From the NCBI GenBank assembly GCA_040902075.1, contig JBBDXZ010000106.1, forward strand, positions 4,417 through 68,416: a stretch of 64,000 nucleotides of DNA, given 5' to 3'. Position numbers and translations under genes: made by a program. Shown in pieces: positions 44,884 through 54,784 of this stretch (its first letter is position 1; each line of letters opens with the position of its first letter). The notes under the pieces were generated by a model. It was not told where the DNA came from. It saw nothing but the letters and a program-made list of their open reading frames with translations, and did no database searches. The DNA is from Gemmatimonadaceae bacterium (GTDB taxonomy: Bacteria > Gemmatimonadota > Gemmatimonadetes > Gemmatimonadales > Gemmatimonadaceae).

Positions 44884-45330
44884 ATGCAAAGGATCGAGCA
44901 CTGCGTCGTCGCGTTGCTATTGACGCTGAGCGCGCCGTTCGCGGGCGCTCAGGTGCTCAGCGTGTCAGGGAACCCGAGTTCGCTCACCGTCAGCACCGCG
45001 ACGGCTGGACTCGGGCTGGACCCCGTGGTCGATGCCAGCACGACGTATTCGGTCACAACGACGTTGCCGAATCAGAAGATCGTCGCGCGCCTCACGACAG
45101 CGCTGCCAAGTGGCGTCATCCTGAAGGTGCGTTTGCAGCCGCCAAGCGGCGTCACGGCGCTCGGTGATATTTCGCTCACCACGACGAATGCCGATGTCGT
45201 GGGCCCGATTCCGGTCATTGGACCTCATCTGACGCTCTCGATCACGTACACGCTGTCCGCCCTCGTCACCGCGGGCACCGTCTCCACGACGGGCCGTGAC
45301 GTTGTCTTCAGCGTCGTTGCCGGTCCCTGA
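44884..45330 (+). CDS. Secreted fibre-subunit-like protein 2
   Basis: 148-aa ORF with a signal peptide (VVALLLTLSAPFAGAQ). Size and composition are similar to subunit 1, and it starts 62 nt downstream of it. Confidence 0.55.
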   Translation: MQRIEHCVVALLLTLSAPFAGAQVLSVSGNPSSLTVSTATAGLGLDPVVDASTTYSVTTTLPNQKIVARLTTALPSGVILKVRLQPPSGVTALGDISLTTTNADVVGPIPVIGPHLTLSITYTLSALVTAGTVSTTGRDVVFSVVAGP

Positions 45331-45381
45331 CGGTCGACGTGCGCACTGTGTTCGCGGAGGCGGGCGCTCGGTACCTCAGAA

Positions 45382-47958
45382 TCACCTCGCGAATCGCGCC
45401 CGAATTCGCGTCGTCCGCTCCAGATCATCGCGTGCCTGCAGCACCTTCTGCCGCAGATCCCTCGGGAGCCTCGGCTGCTCCGCGAGATACCGATCCACCT
45501 CCGCCAGCGCCTCCGGCGAGTGCTTGCCACCGATGAACGCGCCGAGCCAGCTGCCCAGGAAAAAGATCCTTCGGTTCGCCTGAATCCACGGCAGCGTGTC
45601 GAGCGCGGGCCGCAGATGGGGCAGCGTCAGCGCCGCCTGCCCGGACGCGTTGAACGCGCCGAGGCTCGCCACGGCCCAGTCTTCGTTGAGGGTCGAGTCG
45701 CGCAGGTACCGCGCGAAGTAGACGCGCTTGGTCTCCATGCGCGGAAACGCGGCGCCTGCGATGAACGTCCGTCGCTTGCCGCTCGTGGTGGTGTCACGCC
45801 TGGTCTCCGCCGCGAGCCGAGCGTCAGAGCCCGCCCACCCTTTCGCGATCAGCGACGTCACGATCGACCAGCGCGATGGCTGACGCAACGGCATCCCCGC
45901 GGCTGACGCGCTGTCCAGCCACGCATCCAGACGCCTCAGCCCCTCCGGCGTCCTCGCCACCGACACGTAATTATCGAAGTGACTCTTCCGCAGTCCATAC
46001 GCCTTCGCCGTGTCCGACGCACCCCGCAGGAATAACCCTTCCACCCGTTTCAAAACCTCTGCGTCCTCTGCGTCCTCTGCGGTAAATAGGTAGTTCTCTA
46101 CTGAACGACCAATCCGTCCCAACAAACGCGATGCGATTTGTTCATCCGGCTCGACTTGGAGTGCCTCGAGCGCGGCATTCACGTACCGCGCGGGATCCAG
46201 CCGAGCGTCGCGCACCAGGTCCCAGAGCGAGCCCCAGAGCATCGCGCGCAGGAACGGGTCGCCCACGGAGACGTGATTATCCAGGAGCCAGTCCCGGCTC
46301 CTGTCGTCCAACATGAACAGCCCATAGCCGTAGTCGTTCGCGTTCGCGTACACGAACTCCGGCGCGGGCAGCCCCGCCGCACGCGCAACCACGGTTGTCT
46401 CGGCTTCCATCACGACCGGCAGCACGCGCGAGCCGTTCGCGTCACGCACCAACACCTCCACTCGCATGGGCCAGGCTCCAGGGCCCGACAGCGGCTGCGC
46501 AGGACGTTGCACGAGCGCGAGTCGCTGGATGCGACCGTCGCGCACATCCAGTTGCTGCTCGACGACGGGCATGCCTGGACGCAGGAAGTACGCTTGTCCG
46601 AACCTGGTGAGGTCCCACATCTCGCCGCCGATAAGGCCGAGCAGCTCGCGCCAGGTGGCGTTCCCATACGCGTGCCGCCGGAGAAATGACTGGACGCCGA
46701 GCCGGAACTGGTGTTCGCCGACGAGATACTCGAGCTGCTTGAGCACTCCCGGTGCCTTGTTGTACACGATCGCGCCGTAGTTGCTCTTCGCCTGATCCAG
46801 GTTCGTCAGCTCCTGCCAGACGGGCGTCGTCCCGGCCGAGGCGTCCACGTCGTACGCCGACGGCTTGTTCCTCAAGTAGAACGACATCCACGCCGTCGAG
46901 TCGCCCGAGGCCGCACTCATCTTCGACGCCATGTACGTCGCGAACCCCTCCTTGAGCCAGAGATCGTCGAACCAGCGCATGGTGGTGTAGTCGCCGAACC
47001 ACTGGTGCGCGAGCTCGTGATTGATCGTGGCCTTGCGGCCGAGGAGCTGGTTCAACGTCGGCGGCTCGCGATAGATGTGAGATTCCTCGTTATAAAAGAC
47101 GGCGCCGGGATGCTCCATGCCGCCGAACGGGAACGCGGGCGCGAGGAGGAAGTCCAGCTTTCCAAACGGATATGGGACGCCGAAATAGTCCGCCAACCAA
47201 TCCCGCGCTCGGCGGTTGAGCGCGATGAGCGTGTCGGTCTCGACTTCCTTCGCGCGAGACTGGCGGACCCACAGCGTGATGTCCCCACTTTCGTCGCGCA
47301 GCCGCGCGTAGGGTCCCGCGGCGAAGGCGAAAAGGTAAGTGGAGATCCGTTTGGTCGGAGCAAACTGAAAAACCGTCTGCTGTCGGCCGTCAGCACGCGC
47401 ATTCGGTAGAGCGGCCCCATTCGACAGCGCCCGCCATCCCACCGGGACCGTTAGCCGCAGCCCAAAGACCGCCTTGATGTCCGGCTGATCGAAGCAGGGA
47501 AACAGCAGATGGGCGTCCGACGGCACCAGGAGCGTATACAGGTAATCGCGCCGGTCCGTTTCGTCGGTGAAGCGAATGATGCTGGTGCCCGCTGGGGCGA
47601 TCGGCGTCTTGAAGCTTGCGGCGATTGTATTCTGGCCGTCGCGCAACGCGCGCGCCGGGACGCGCACGTGTGCTCCGTTCCACTCGATCCCTCGGACGAC
47701 CACGCCGTTCACGGTGGTGACTTTCAGATCTTGCCCGCGGAAGTCGAGGATGACGTCGCCGCCGTTCTTACGAGTGAAGGTGGCGCGCACTGCGCCAATG
47801 GCCGTGTCGCGCCGGGTGACGTCGAGCGTAAGGTCGTAGCGAACCGCCGAGATGTGCACGGCGCGATCGCGCGCGAGCTGCTGTGACACACCTCGCGTCA
47901 TCAGCGAATCGCTCGCGGGCAGCGCGAGGAACAGCCCGAAAAGGGTGAGGAGAGCCAT
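45382..47958 (-). CDS. pepN: M1-family aminopeptidase (aminopeptidase N-like)
   Basis: 858-aa ORF. GGMEHPGAV is the GxMEN-type exopeptidase motif. HELAHQWFGD (HExxH) plus WLKEGFATY (third zinc ligand Glu) complete the M1 signature. Confidence 0.95.
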   Translation of the reverse strand: MALLTLFGLFLALPASDSLMTRGVSQQLARDRAVHISAVRYDLTLDVTRRDTAIGAVRATFTRKNGGDVILDFRGQDLKVTTVNGVVVRGIEWNGAHVRVPARALRDGQNTIAASFKTPIAPAGTSIIRFTDETDRRDYLYTLLVPSDAHLLFPCFDQPDIKAVFGLRLTVPVGWRALSNGAALPNARADGRQQTVFQFAPTKRISTYLFAFAAGPYARLRDESGDITLWVRQSRAKEVETDTLIALNRRARDWLADYFGVPYPFGKLDFLLAPAFPFGGMEHPGAVFYNEESHIYREPPTLNQLLGRKATINHELAHQWFGDYTTMRWFDDLWLKEGFATYMASKMSAASGDSTAWMSFYLRNKPSAYDVDASAGTTPVWQELTNLDQAKSNYGAIVYNKAPGVLKQLEYLVGEHQFRLGVQSFLRRHAYGNATWRELLGLIGGEMWDLTRFGQAYFLRPGMPVVEQQLDVRDGRIQRLALVQRPAQPLSGPGAWPMRVEVLVRDANGSRVLPVVMEAETTVVARAAGLPAPEFVYANANDYGYGLFMLDDRSRDWLLDNHVSVGDPFLRAMLWGSLWDLVRDARLDPARYVNAALEALQVEPDEQIASRLLGRIGRSVENYLFTAEDAEDAEVLKRVEGLFLRGASDTAKAYGLRKSHFDNYVSVARTPEGLRRLDAWLDSASAAGMPLRQPSRWSIVTSLIAKGWAGSDARLAAETRRDTTTSGKRRTFIAGAAFPRMETKRVYFARYLRDSTLNEDWAVASLGAFNASGQAALTLPHLRPALDTLPWIQANRRIFFLGSWLGAFIGGKHSPEALAEVDRYLAEQPRLPRDLRQKVLQARDDLERTTRIRARFAR

Positions 47959-48109
47959 ACCTTATGTTATCGCCATCCAGGTGATGATGTGTGCGCTTCG
48001 TCACACGCGCTGGTCCTGGCCTGACACGATCGTATTAACGAAGCTCGCGCGACTGTCGTCCAACGCCGCGAAGTCATCGAAGTCACCTCGACCCGCACAA
48101 GGAGCTCTT

Positions 48110-48913
48110 GTGAAGCACCCCAACCGTTCACCTCTCACACTCGCGGTGGCCGTCGCCGTTCTCGCAGCGTGTGGCGAGAGCACCACACCCTCGCTGTTCA
48201 ACGACGACACGATCACCGACGACATCGCGAACAGCTCCGGCGACGCGATCGCCAGCTCGATAGCCGCCATGATGGTCAACGAGGGCGACGCGGCGCTCCC
48301 GGGGAGCGCGTCCAACCTCGCCAGTCTCAACTCGAACTCGCTCACCTACGACCGTACGCGCGTCTGCTACGACGCCAACGACGCGGTAGTCCAGGGGTGC
48401 AGCCCCATCTCGTCGGTGAGAAAGATTGCGACGCACGTCGAGATCGACGGCACGCGGAGCGGCAGCCACGCCACTCGGCGTGGAACGACGGCCACCTGGA
48501 CGGGCATCGTGCACCGCGCGTGGGACGACACCGTGACGCGAAACTTCAACAGCGCTCAGCCTCCGGTCGAGTCATCTCGCACGCACGGCGGCGTCATGGC
48601 CGGCAGCGACACGACCATCTTCAGCGAAGGCGACTTCACGCGTCATGTCGCCGAGACCAGCCGCGACACGATCAAGGCCGTGACCTGGAACCTCCCGCGC
48701 TCTTCGAATCCGTTCCCGGTGTCGGGCGCCATTGTCCGTTTGGACTCGGTGGACATCACCGTCACCAAAGGCTCGCGCACCGAGACGCGCGAGCTCGTGC
48801 GGAAACTTCAGGTGGACTTCCCGGCGGATGCGCAGGGCAACGTCGTGCTCAAGATCAACGACAAGACCTGCAACCTGAACCTGGTGACGCACGTGGTGTC
48901 GAACTGCCAGTAG
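48110..48913 (+). CDS. Hypothetical lipoprotein
   Basis: A GTG at 48110 has GGAG 5 nt upstream and gives VKHPNRSPLTLAVAVAVLAAC (lipobox). The track start at 47852 would overlap pepN. No family recognised. Confidence 0.55.
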   Translation: MKHPNRSPLTLAVAVAVLAACGESTTPSLFNDDTITDDIANSSGDAIASSIAAMMVNEGDAALPGSASNLASLNSNSLTYDRTRVCYDANDAVVQGCSPISSVRKIATHVEIDGTRSGSHATRRGTTATWTGIVHRAWDDTVTRNFNSAQPPVESSRTHGGVMAGSDTTIFSEGDFTRHVAETSRDTIKAVTWNLPRSSNPFPVSGAIVRLDSVDITVTKGSRTETRELVRKLQVDFPADAQGNVVLKINDKTCNLNLVTHVVSNCQ

Positions 48914-48940
48914 GAAGCACGCGAAGTTCCTAGCAAGCCA

Positions 48941-48972
48941 AAGAGGCTCGGGATTCCCGGGCCTCTTTTTTA
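48941..48972 (+). terminator. Rho-independent terminator
   Basis: AGAGGCTCGGG-ATT-CCCGGGCCTCT is a GC-rich stem with one mismatch, followed by TTTTTT. It lies 28 nt after the lipoprotein stop. Confidence 0.7.
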
Positions 48973-49252
48973 CTCGACTATCAACTTGTCATCCACAACC
49001 ATGTCGAGCCGCTGCCAAGTCAGCTCGACACCTTTATACGGATCAACACACCGAATTCGCGAGCAACACGGTGGCCGCGTCATCAATCAGGTCGACGCCT
49101 TCGAACGGACGGGAAAAGCTGACCTCGGGGCAGGCCAGCCCGCTTCGAGTGCGTGCTAGCGCGGCAGTAGCGCAGGAGTAAGTCGCAAGCATACGCTATT
49201 CCGCGAAATCCATTGCTCGGCGCTGGCGCAGCTGAAGCGTAGATTCTCAGCT

Positions 49253-49624
49253 ATGTCCGCGCCGACCATCGCCGCCGATCCTATCCTGGATCGCGTCACG
49301 CGCGCGATCGCCGACCGCATTCGGCCGATCCGTATTTCACTGTTCGGCAGCCGTTCGCGAGGAGACGCGCGTGAGGACAGCGACTACGACCTGATGGTCG
49401 TGGTGGACGATCAGGCCGGCGCGGACGTGGAGGGCGCGATACACGAGGCGATTCGCGCCACAGGCGCCTCCGTCGATATCGTCGTCCGCACCGCGTCGAG
49501 ATTCGAGGAAGACCGCGACGACGTCGGCACGCTGGTCTACGCCGTAGAGCGGGACGGACGCTGTACGGTGCGGACCCCGGCCCGAAGCGCGTGCGCGAAC
49601 GGCGCGGTCCGCCGCGATCCCTGA
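49253..49624 (+). CDS. Minimal nucleotidyltransferase (MNT) antitoxin-type protein
   Basis: LFGSRSRGDAREDSDYDLMVVV is the GS-x-GD-x-D-x-D NTase motif. It overlaps the downstream HEPN gene. Confidence 0.85.
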   Translation: MSAPTIAADPILDRVTRAIADRIRPIRISLFGSRSRGDAREDSDYDLMVVVDDQAGADVEGAIHEAIRATGASVDIVVRTASRFEEDRDDVGTLVYAVERDGRCTVRTPARSACANGAVRRDP

Positions 49625-50010
49625 AACCCTGGACGCGGCGCGCCGAGAATGATTTCAGGATTCTCGAGCTCGCTCTGACGGATCCGCAGCCGCCCTGGGA
49701 CACGGTCTGCCTTCACTCGCGCCAGTGCGTCGAGAAGCTCCTCAAGTCGGTGCTCATCGCTGGTCACGTTCCGCCGCCGCGCAGCCACGACTTGAAGGAG
49801 TTGCTCGCGCTCTGCCCGGCAGAGCTGCGGGACGACGCGCGCCTCCGCGTGGCTTGTCATGCGTTGAACGAGATCTGGCCCAAGACACGGTATCCGGAAG
49901 CGCTCGAGCCTACGGCGGAGGAAGGAGCAGCGGCGGTCGCCAGCGTGCGTGAGGCGCGGGTCATCCTGCTGCAGACGCTCGCGCGACTGACTCGTGCCGC
50001 GGACACATGA
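49591..50010 (+). CDS. HEPN-domain protein (toxin of an HEPN/MNT pair)
   Basis: W..RAENDF..LE.AL.......D.VC.H..Q.VEKLLK..L and PPRSHDL (R-x4-H) are typical of HEPN. The exact start is uncertain. Confidence 0.8.
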   Translation: MRERRGPPRSLKPWTRRAENDFRILELALTDPQPPWDTVCLHSRQCVEKLLKSVLIAGHVPPPRSHDLKELLALCPAELRDDARLRVACHALNEIWPKTRYPEALEPTAEEGAAAVASVREARVILLQTLARLTRAADT

Positions 50011-50231
50011 ATCGTCGAGATGGTCACGTTGACCAACGCGCGCGACGCAGAGTTTATCAAGAGTGAGGAAGGTCAGTCGCTGATGGCCCGCGCTATCGCC
50101 GCGGGGATCGACCGCTACCTCGCGCGTTGACATCGAAACGGGCCTACATCCATATATAGGCGAACTTTCTGTACGGGCACGGCGCCGCGGCCTCCCATTT
50201 GGCAACTAATCGCACACCTTTCGGGGGAAGC

Positions 50232-53192
50232 ATGCGAAGTCGCTACCTGCTGTTCGCGCTCACGTTCCTGTTCTGGGGCGCAGCGCCCCTCACCGCCCAA
50301 ACGCGTACGCTGCGGGGCACGGTTGTCGACACCGCCACCGGCATGCCCATTCAGGCGGCCAACGTCGGGGTACGCGGCACGTCCATCGGCACGACCACGG
50401 GACCCGACGGCAGCTTCAGTTTGGGCATTCCGGCCGGAACCACGACCCTGCTTGTCCGCCGTTTCGGGTACCGCTTTCGCACGATCGTCGTTCAGCCTGG
50501 TGAGACCGAGATTCGCGTCGCGTTGGCCAGCGATCCGCTCCAACTCGACGAAGTCGTCGTGACGGGTCAGGCGACGGCCGTCGAGCGGCGCAACCTGCCG
50601 AACGCGGTCGCGACCGTGAACGCCGAGGACGTCGCTCGCGTCTCAGCGCAAAGCTTCGAGCATGCGCTGCAAGGCAAGATTCCCGGCGCGGTGATCCAGA
50701 CGAACAGCGGCGCGCCAGGAGGCGGCGTACAGGTCAGGATGCGCGGCGTTTCCTCCATCAACGCACAGTCGGAGCCCCTGTACGTCGTGGACGGCGTCCT
50801 GGTGAGCAACGTGGCGATTCCGTCCAACCAGAATGCGGTCACGAACGCCGCCGGCGGCTCGAATCCCGCGCTCACTCAGGACGCGCAGGTGAACCGGGTG
50901 GCCGACCTGAACCCGTCCGACATCGAGACCGTCGAGGTGCTGAAGGGAGCGTCGGCGTCCGCGATCTACGGGTCGCGCGCATCCAACGGCGTCGTCCTCA
51001 TCACGACGAAACGCGGACGGAGCGGTGCCGCCAATGTGCGGATGACGCAGCGGTTTGGCTTCTATCAGCTATCCAATACGCTCGGAGCGCGGAAGTTCAA
51101 TACGTTGGCCGAGGCACAGTCGGTATGGGGCGCCGGCGCGGCCACCTACTTCCAGCCCGGTGTCACGTACGATCACGAAAAGGAGCTGGCGGGGCACACG
51201 CCGCTGTCGTCCGAAACGCTGATGGACGTCGGCGGCGGCACCGACGCCACCAGGTACTACCTCTCGGGCGCCTGGAAGGACGACGGCGGCATCATCAAGA
51301 ACAGCGGATTCGAGCGCCAATCGTTGCGGGCCAACCTGTATCAACGCCTCGGCCAGCGATTGAACCTCGAGGTCGGCAACAACATCATCCGCACCGAGGC
51401 GAGCCGCGGACTCACCAATAACGACAACGCGGGCGTGTCCTTTTACATGGTCTTCCCGTTCACCCCGAGCTTCGTGAATCTGGGGAAAAATCCGGACGGC
51501 ACGTTCCGCGCGCATCCGTTCCAGGCCAGTAATCCGCTGCAGACAGCGGAGCTCATGAAGAACGATGAGATCGTCTGGCGCTATCTCGGGTCGGGCCGGC
51601 TCACGTATGACGCGTTCCACAACGCGACGCAGAACCTTCGATTCGTGGCCAGCGGCGGCGCGGATTATTTCGCGCAGAAGAACGATCTGCTCTTTCCGCC
51701 GGAGCTCGAGTTCGAGGGCGATGATGGACAGCTTGGCACGTCGCTGCTGAGCAACAGCGACAATCTCAACATCAACAGCGGCGTCAACGGCATTCACACT
51801 CTGACGCCGGCATCGGGCAGGTTCACCGCGACGACGTCGTTCGGCGCCTCCTATTCACAACGCGAGTTGAATGTCGCGCGCATCATCAGCCGCAATCTCG
51901 TTGGGGGACTGGAGCTCGTGAACGCGGGCACGGTCGTCGGGGTTCGGGAGACCCGGCAGCGCGTGGAAGACGTCAGTATGTTCGCGCAGGAAGAAGTGCT
52001 CCTCATGAACGACCGCATGCTCCTGATCGCCGGCGTGAACGCGGACAAGAGCAGCGTGAACTCGGATGACGAGAAGTTGTACGTCTATCCCAAGGTCGCC
52101 GGATCGTACCGTATTGAGGACCTTGCGAGCGGGATCGATGCGCTGAAGCTGCGCATTGCGTACGGCGAATCCGGCAACCAGCCGTTGTATGGGCAGAAGT
52201 TCACGCCGCTCATCGCGACGCAGAACATCACGGGGCTGCCGGGACTCATCGTGGACGGCCTGGTGGGCTCCACCGACCTGGCGCCCGAACGGCAGCGCGA
52301 GATCGAGGGGGGCGTCGACCTCACGTTGCTGGACGACAGGGGCACGCTCGAGCTGACGGTGTTCCGGAAGGACGTGAGCGAGCTGCTGCTCCAGCGCACG
52401 CTGGCGCCGTCGAGCGGTTTCGCGACGGAGATATTCAACGGCGGTAAGCTGAGAACAACGGGCGTCGAGGTGGGCTTACAGGCAGTCCCGATCTCGCGAC
52501 CCGACCTGCAGTGGGTGCTTCGGTCGACGTACTTCTCGAACAAGAGCACGATCAAGGAGCTGACGGTGCCGACGTTCAGGGTAGGCGGTTTCGGAACCTC
52601 GCTCGGCGCGTTTGAAATCGCGGAGGGCAAATCCGCGACGCAGATCGTCGGCAACGACTCACTTGCCGACGGCTCGACCGTGGTGCGACAGATCGGAGAC
52701 GCGAACCCTGACTTTGTGATGTCCTTTTCCACCGACGTAACGTGGAAACGCTTCCGGCTCAACGGCCTGCTCGATTGGCAGAAGGGAAGCGATGTCATCA
52801 ACCTGACGAAGTTCCTCTACGACCTCGGCGCAAACACCGCGGATTACGCCGATCCGATCACGGTCGGCGGTGTCGCCACGACGAAAGGCGCCCAACGTCT
52901 CACAGTCTTCGGAAAGCAGACGGCGGTCTACGTGGAGGACGCTTCGTTCGTGAAGCTGCGCGAGGTTTCACTCGGATACGAGGTACCGCCCCGGATCATG
53001 TCTCGCATGTGGGGCGGGGTAGAGAGCGCCCACCTCACCCTCAGTGGACGCAACCTGTTTACGTCGACGAAGTACACGGGGCTCGATCCCGAAGTGAGCA
53101 ACTTCGGCAATCAGAACATCGCCCGGAACATCGACGTCGCCCCCTTCCCGCCGAGCCGCAGCTTCTGGTTCGGTGTGGAAATCGTTTTTTAA
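50232..53192 (+). CDS. TonB-dependent receptor, SusC/RagA family
   Basis: The Met at 50232 follows GGGGGAAG and gives the signal peptide MRSRYLLFALTFLFWGAAPLTAQ. It has an N-terminal CarboxypepD_reg-like segment (LRGTVVD..TG.PI..ANV.V.GT..GT.T..DG.F.L), a plug (LDEVVVTG) and a C-terminal ...FWFGVEIVF. Confidence 0.9.
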   Translation: MRSRYLLFALTFLFWGAAPLTAQTRTLRGTVVDTATGMPIQAANVGVRGTSIGTTTGPDGSFSLGIPAGTTTLLVRRFGYRFRTIVVQPGETEIRVALASDPLQLDEVVVTGQATAVERRNLPNAVATVNAEDVARVSAQSFEHALQGKIPGAVIQTNSGAPGGGVQVRMRGVSSINAQSEPLYVVDGVLVSNVAIPSNQNAVTNAAGGSNPALTQDAQVNRVADLNPSDIETVEVLKGASASAIYGSRASNGVVLITTKRGRSGAANVRMTQRFGFYQLSNTLGARKFNTLAEAQSVWGAGAATYFQPGVTYDHEKELAGHTPLSSETLMDVGGGTDATRYYLSGAWKDDGGIIKNSGFERQSLRANLYQRLGQRLNLEVGNNIIRTEASRGLTNNDNAGVSFYMVFPFTPSFVNLGKNPDGTFRAHPFQASNPLQTAELMKNDEIVWRYLGSGRLTYDAFHNATQNLRFVASGGADYFAQKNDLLFPPELEFEGDDGQLGTSLLSNSDNLNINSGVNGIHTLTPASGRFTATTSFGASYSQRELNVARIISRNLVGGLELVNAGTVVGVRETRQRVEDVSMFAQEEVLLMNDRMLLIAGVNADKSSVNSDDEKLYVYPKVAGSYRIEDLASGIDALKLRIAYGESGNQPLYGQKFTPLIATQNITGLPGLIVDGLVGSTDLAPERQREIEGGVDLTLLDDRGTLELTVFRKDVSELLLQRTLAPSSGFATEIFNGGKLRTTGVEVGLQAVPISRPDLQWVLRSTYFSNKSTIKELTVPTFRVGGFGTSLGAFEIAEGKSATQIVGNDSLADGSTVVRQIGDANPDFVMSFSTDVTWKRFRLNGLLDWQKGSDVINLTKFLYDLGANTADYADPITVGGVATTKGAQRLTVFGKQTAVYVEDASFVKLREVSLGYEVPPRIMSRMWGGVESAHLTLSGRNLFTSTKYTGLDPEVSNFGNQNIARNIDVAPFPPSRSFWFGVEIVF

Positions 53193-53217
53193 CCCGCGGC
53201 CAGTGAGGATGACAACC

Positions 53218-54600
53218 ATGCACAGACCGCTCAGTACCCGGACTCTCTCGAGACTCATCGCCGGCGCCGCACTCGTTCTTTGCGCCTGCGGTGATTTGAC
53301 GGTACCCGACTTCAACAACCCCAGCATCGAAGATCTTCAAGCCGGGGCCTCGCCGACCACCATTCGTCAAGCTGCGCAGGGAATGCTGATCGGGACACGC
53401 GCGCAGATGGGGGCGCAGAACGGCTACGTATCGCTCCTTGGTATCCTGGGCCGCGAATCGTACAACTTCGACCCTGCCGATACGCGCTTCTTTACCGAGA
53501 TGCTGGTCGGTCCGCTCGACGGCGGCAGCCCGGCCTTCGGCGCGAACCTGTTCGCGCAGCGGTATCGCAACATCCGGCTCGGGAACACTATTCTCGCGGC
53601 CATTGGGCCGGTCGCCGGACTCACCGCCGCGGAGAAGGAAGCCGTGCGCGGATTCGTGAAAACGATTCAGGCGCACGACCTGCTGATGGTGATCAACACG
53701 CGCGATGACCTGGGCGCCCCGATCGACGTGGACGTCGCGCCTACCGGGCCGCCGGCGCCGATCGCCACGAAAGCGGAGGTATTCGCCCGGATCGTCACGC
53801 TCCTCAACGACGCGCAGACCCATCTCCAGGCGGGCGGCGCCAGTTTCCCATTCTCGCTGGGACCTGGGTTTGCGGGCTTCTCCACGCCGACGACGTTCAT
53901 CCCGTTCAATCGGGCCTTACGGGCGCGCGTCGACGTCTACATGGGGAACTTCGGCACCGCGCTCACCACGCTCGGGACCTCGTTCATCGATCCGGCCGCG
54001 TCGCTGGACCTCGGCGTATACCACGTTTTCGGCTCCGGCTCAGGCGACACGGAGAACGCGCTGTTCGATCCGAACTTCCGCGCGATTCTGGCGCACCCGG
54101 CGCTCGAAACGGACGCGCAACTGAAACCTGACGGCACGCGAGACAACCGTGTGCTCCGCAAGGTGACCATTGCTGTCCCCGCACCGCCAACGGTGCAGGG
54201 CGTCACGACGACCGTGGGGTTCAGCATCTACAATTCGCCGACGGCGCCGATTCCGATCATCCGTAACGAGGAGCTGATCCTGCTGCGAGCCGAGGCGAAC
54301 ATTGGACTCAATACGCCGCCGAGCCTCGCTGCCGCCCAGACCGACATCAATCTGATTCGGGCGAACTCCGGCGGTCTCGCGCCAATCGCACTCACCGGCC
54401 AAGCGCAGGCGCTCGACGAGCTGCTGTACAACAAACGGTATTCGTTGATGTTTGAAGGCGGGCACCGTTGGATCGACGCACGGCGTTACAACCGCCTCGG
54501 CTTGCTGCCGCTGGCCGTGCCGTCGCACACCGTACCGAGCCGGTTTCCGTTCCCGGAGGCGGAGTGTTTGGTGCGGACGCCCGCGCCACCCGGCTGCTGA
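53218..54600 (+). CDS. RagB/SusD family lipoprotein
   Basis: The Met at 53218 has GAGGA 8 nt upstream. LIAGAALVLCAC is a lipobox. The C-terminal YNKRYSLMFEGGHRWIDARRY matches the SusD E..fEG.RwfD.rR motif. It directly follows SusC. Confidence 0.8.
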   Translation: MHRPLSTRTLSRLIAGAALVLCACGDLTVPDFNNPSIEDLQAGASPTTIRQAAQGMLIGTRAQMGAQNGYVSLLGILGRESYNFDPADTRFFTEMLVGPLDGGSPAFGANLFAQRYRNIRLGNTILAAIGPVAGLTAAEKEAVRGFVKTIQAHDLLMVINTRDDLGAPIDVDVAPTGPPAPIATKAEVFARIVTLLNDAQTHLQAGGASFPFSLGPGFAGFSTPTTFIPFNRALRARVDVYMGNFGTALTTLGTSFIDPAASLDLGVYHVFGSGSGDTENALFDPNFRAILAHPALETDAQLKPDGTRDNRVLRKVTIAVPAPPTVQGVTTTVGFSIYNSPTAPIPIIRNEELILLRAEANIGLNTPPSLAAAQTDINLIRANSGGLAPIALTGQAQALDELLYNKRYSLMFEGGHRWIDARRYNRLGLLPLAVPSHTVPSRFPFPEAECLVRTPAPPGC

Positions 54601-54616
54601 TTTTCCCAATGAGCCA

Positions 54617-54773
54617 GGAGGCCCTGAGATTCTCAGGGCCTCCTGGTTTTCTGTTGGCGGGTGTAGAGGTGTCAGATAGGTGTAGAGGGCATCTGTTGAG
54701 CTCTCCAACTATCTCACTGCTCTAGACCTGCCAACAGAAAACTTGGCGGCCCTCAATTCTCAGCACTCATCAC
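54617..54773. mobile_element. MITE-like element, family 2, copy b; its left end forms a perfect 13-bp hairpin that probably terminates susD
   Basis: GGAGGCCCTGAGA-T-TCTCAGGGCCTCC (54617-54643) is followed by TGGTTTTCTGTT. The inverted repeats are TCAGGGCCTCCTGGTTTTCTGTTGGCGGGT and ACCTGCCAACAGAAAACTTGGCGGCCCTC (54726-54754). The core contains GTGTCAGATAGGTGTAGAGGG. Confidence 0.75.
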
Positions 54774-54784
54774 CTCGTCAGTCC

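Noticed and set aside
50126-50160. A TTGACA ... CATATA sigma70-like promoter upstream of susC.
   Set aside because: The spacing is 18-20 nt and the -10 box is weak. The promoter consensus for this lineage is not known to me. The evidence is too weak to list as a feature.
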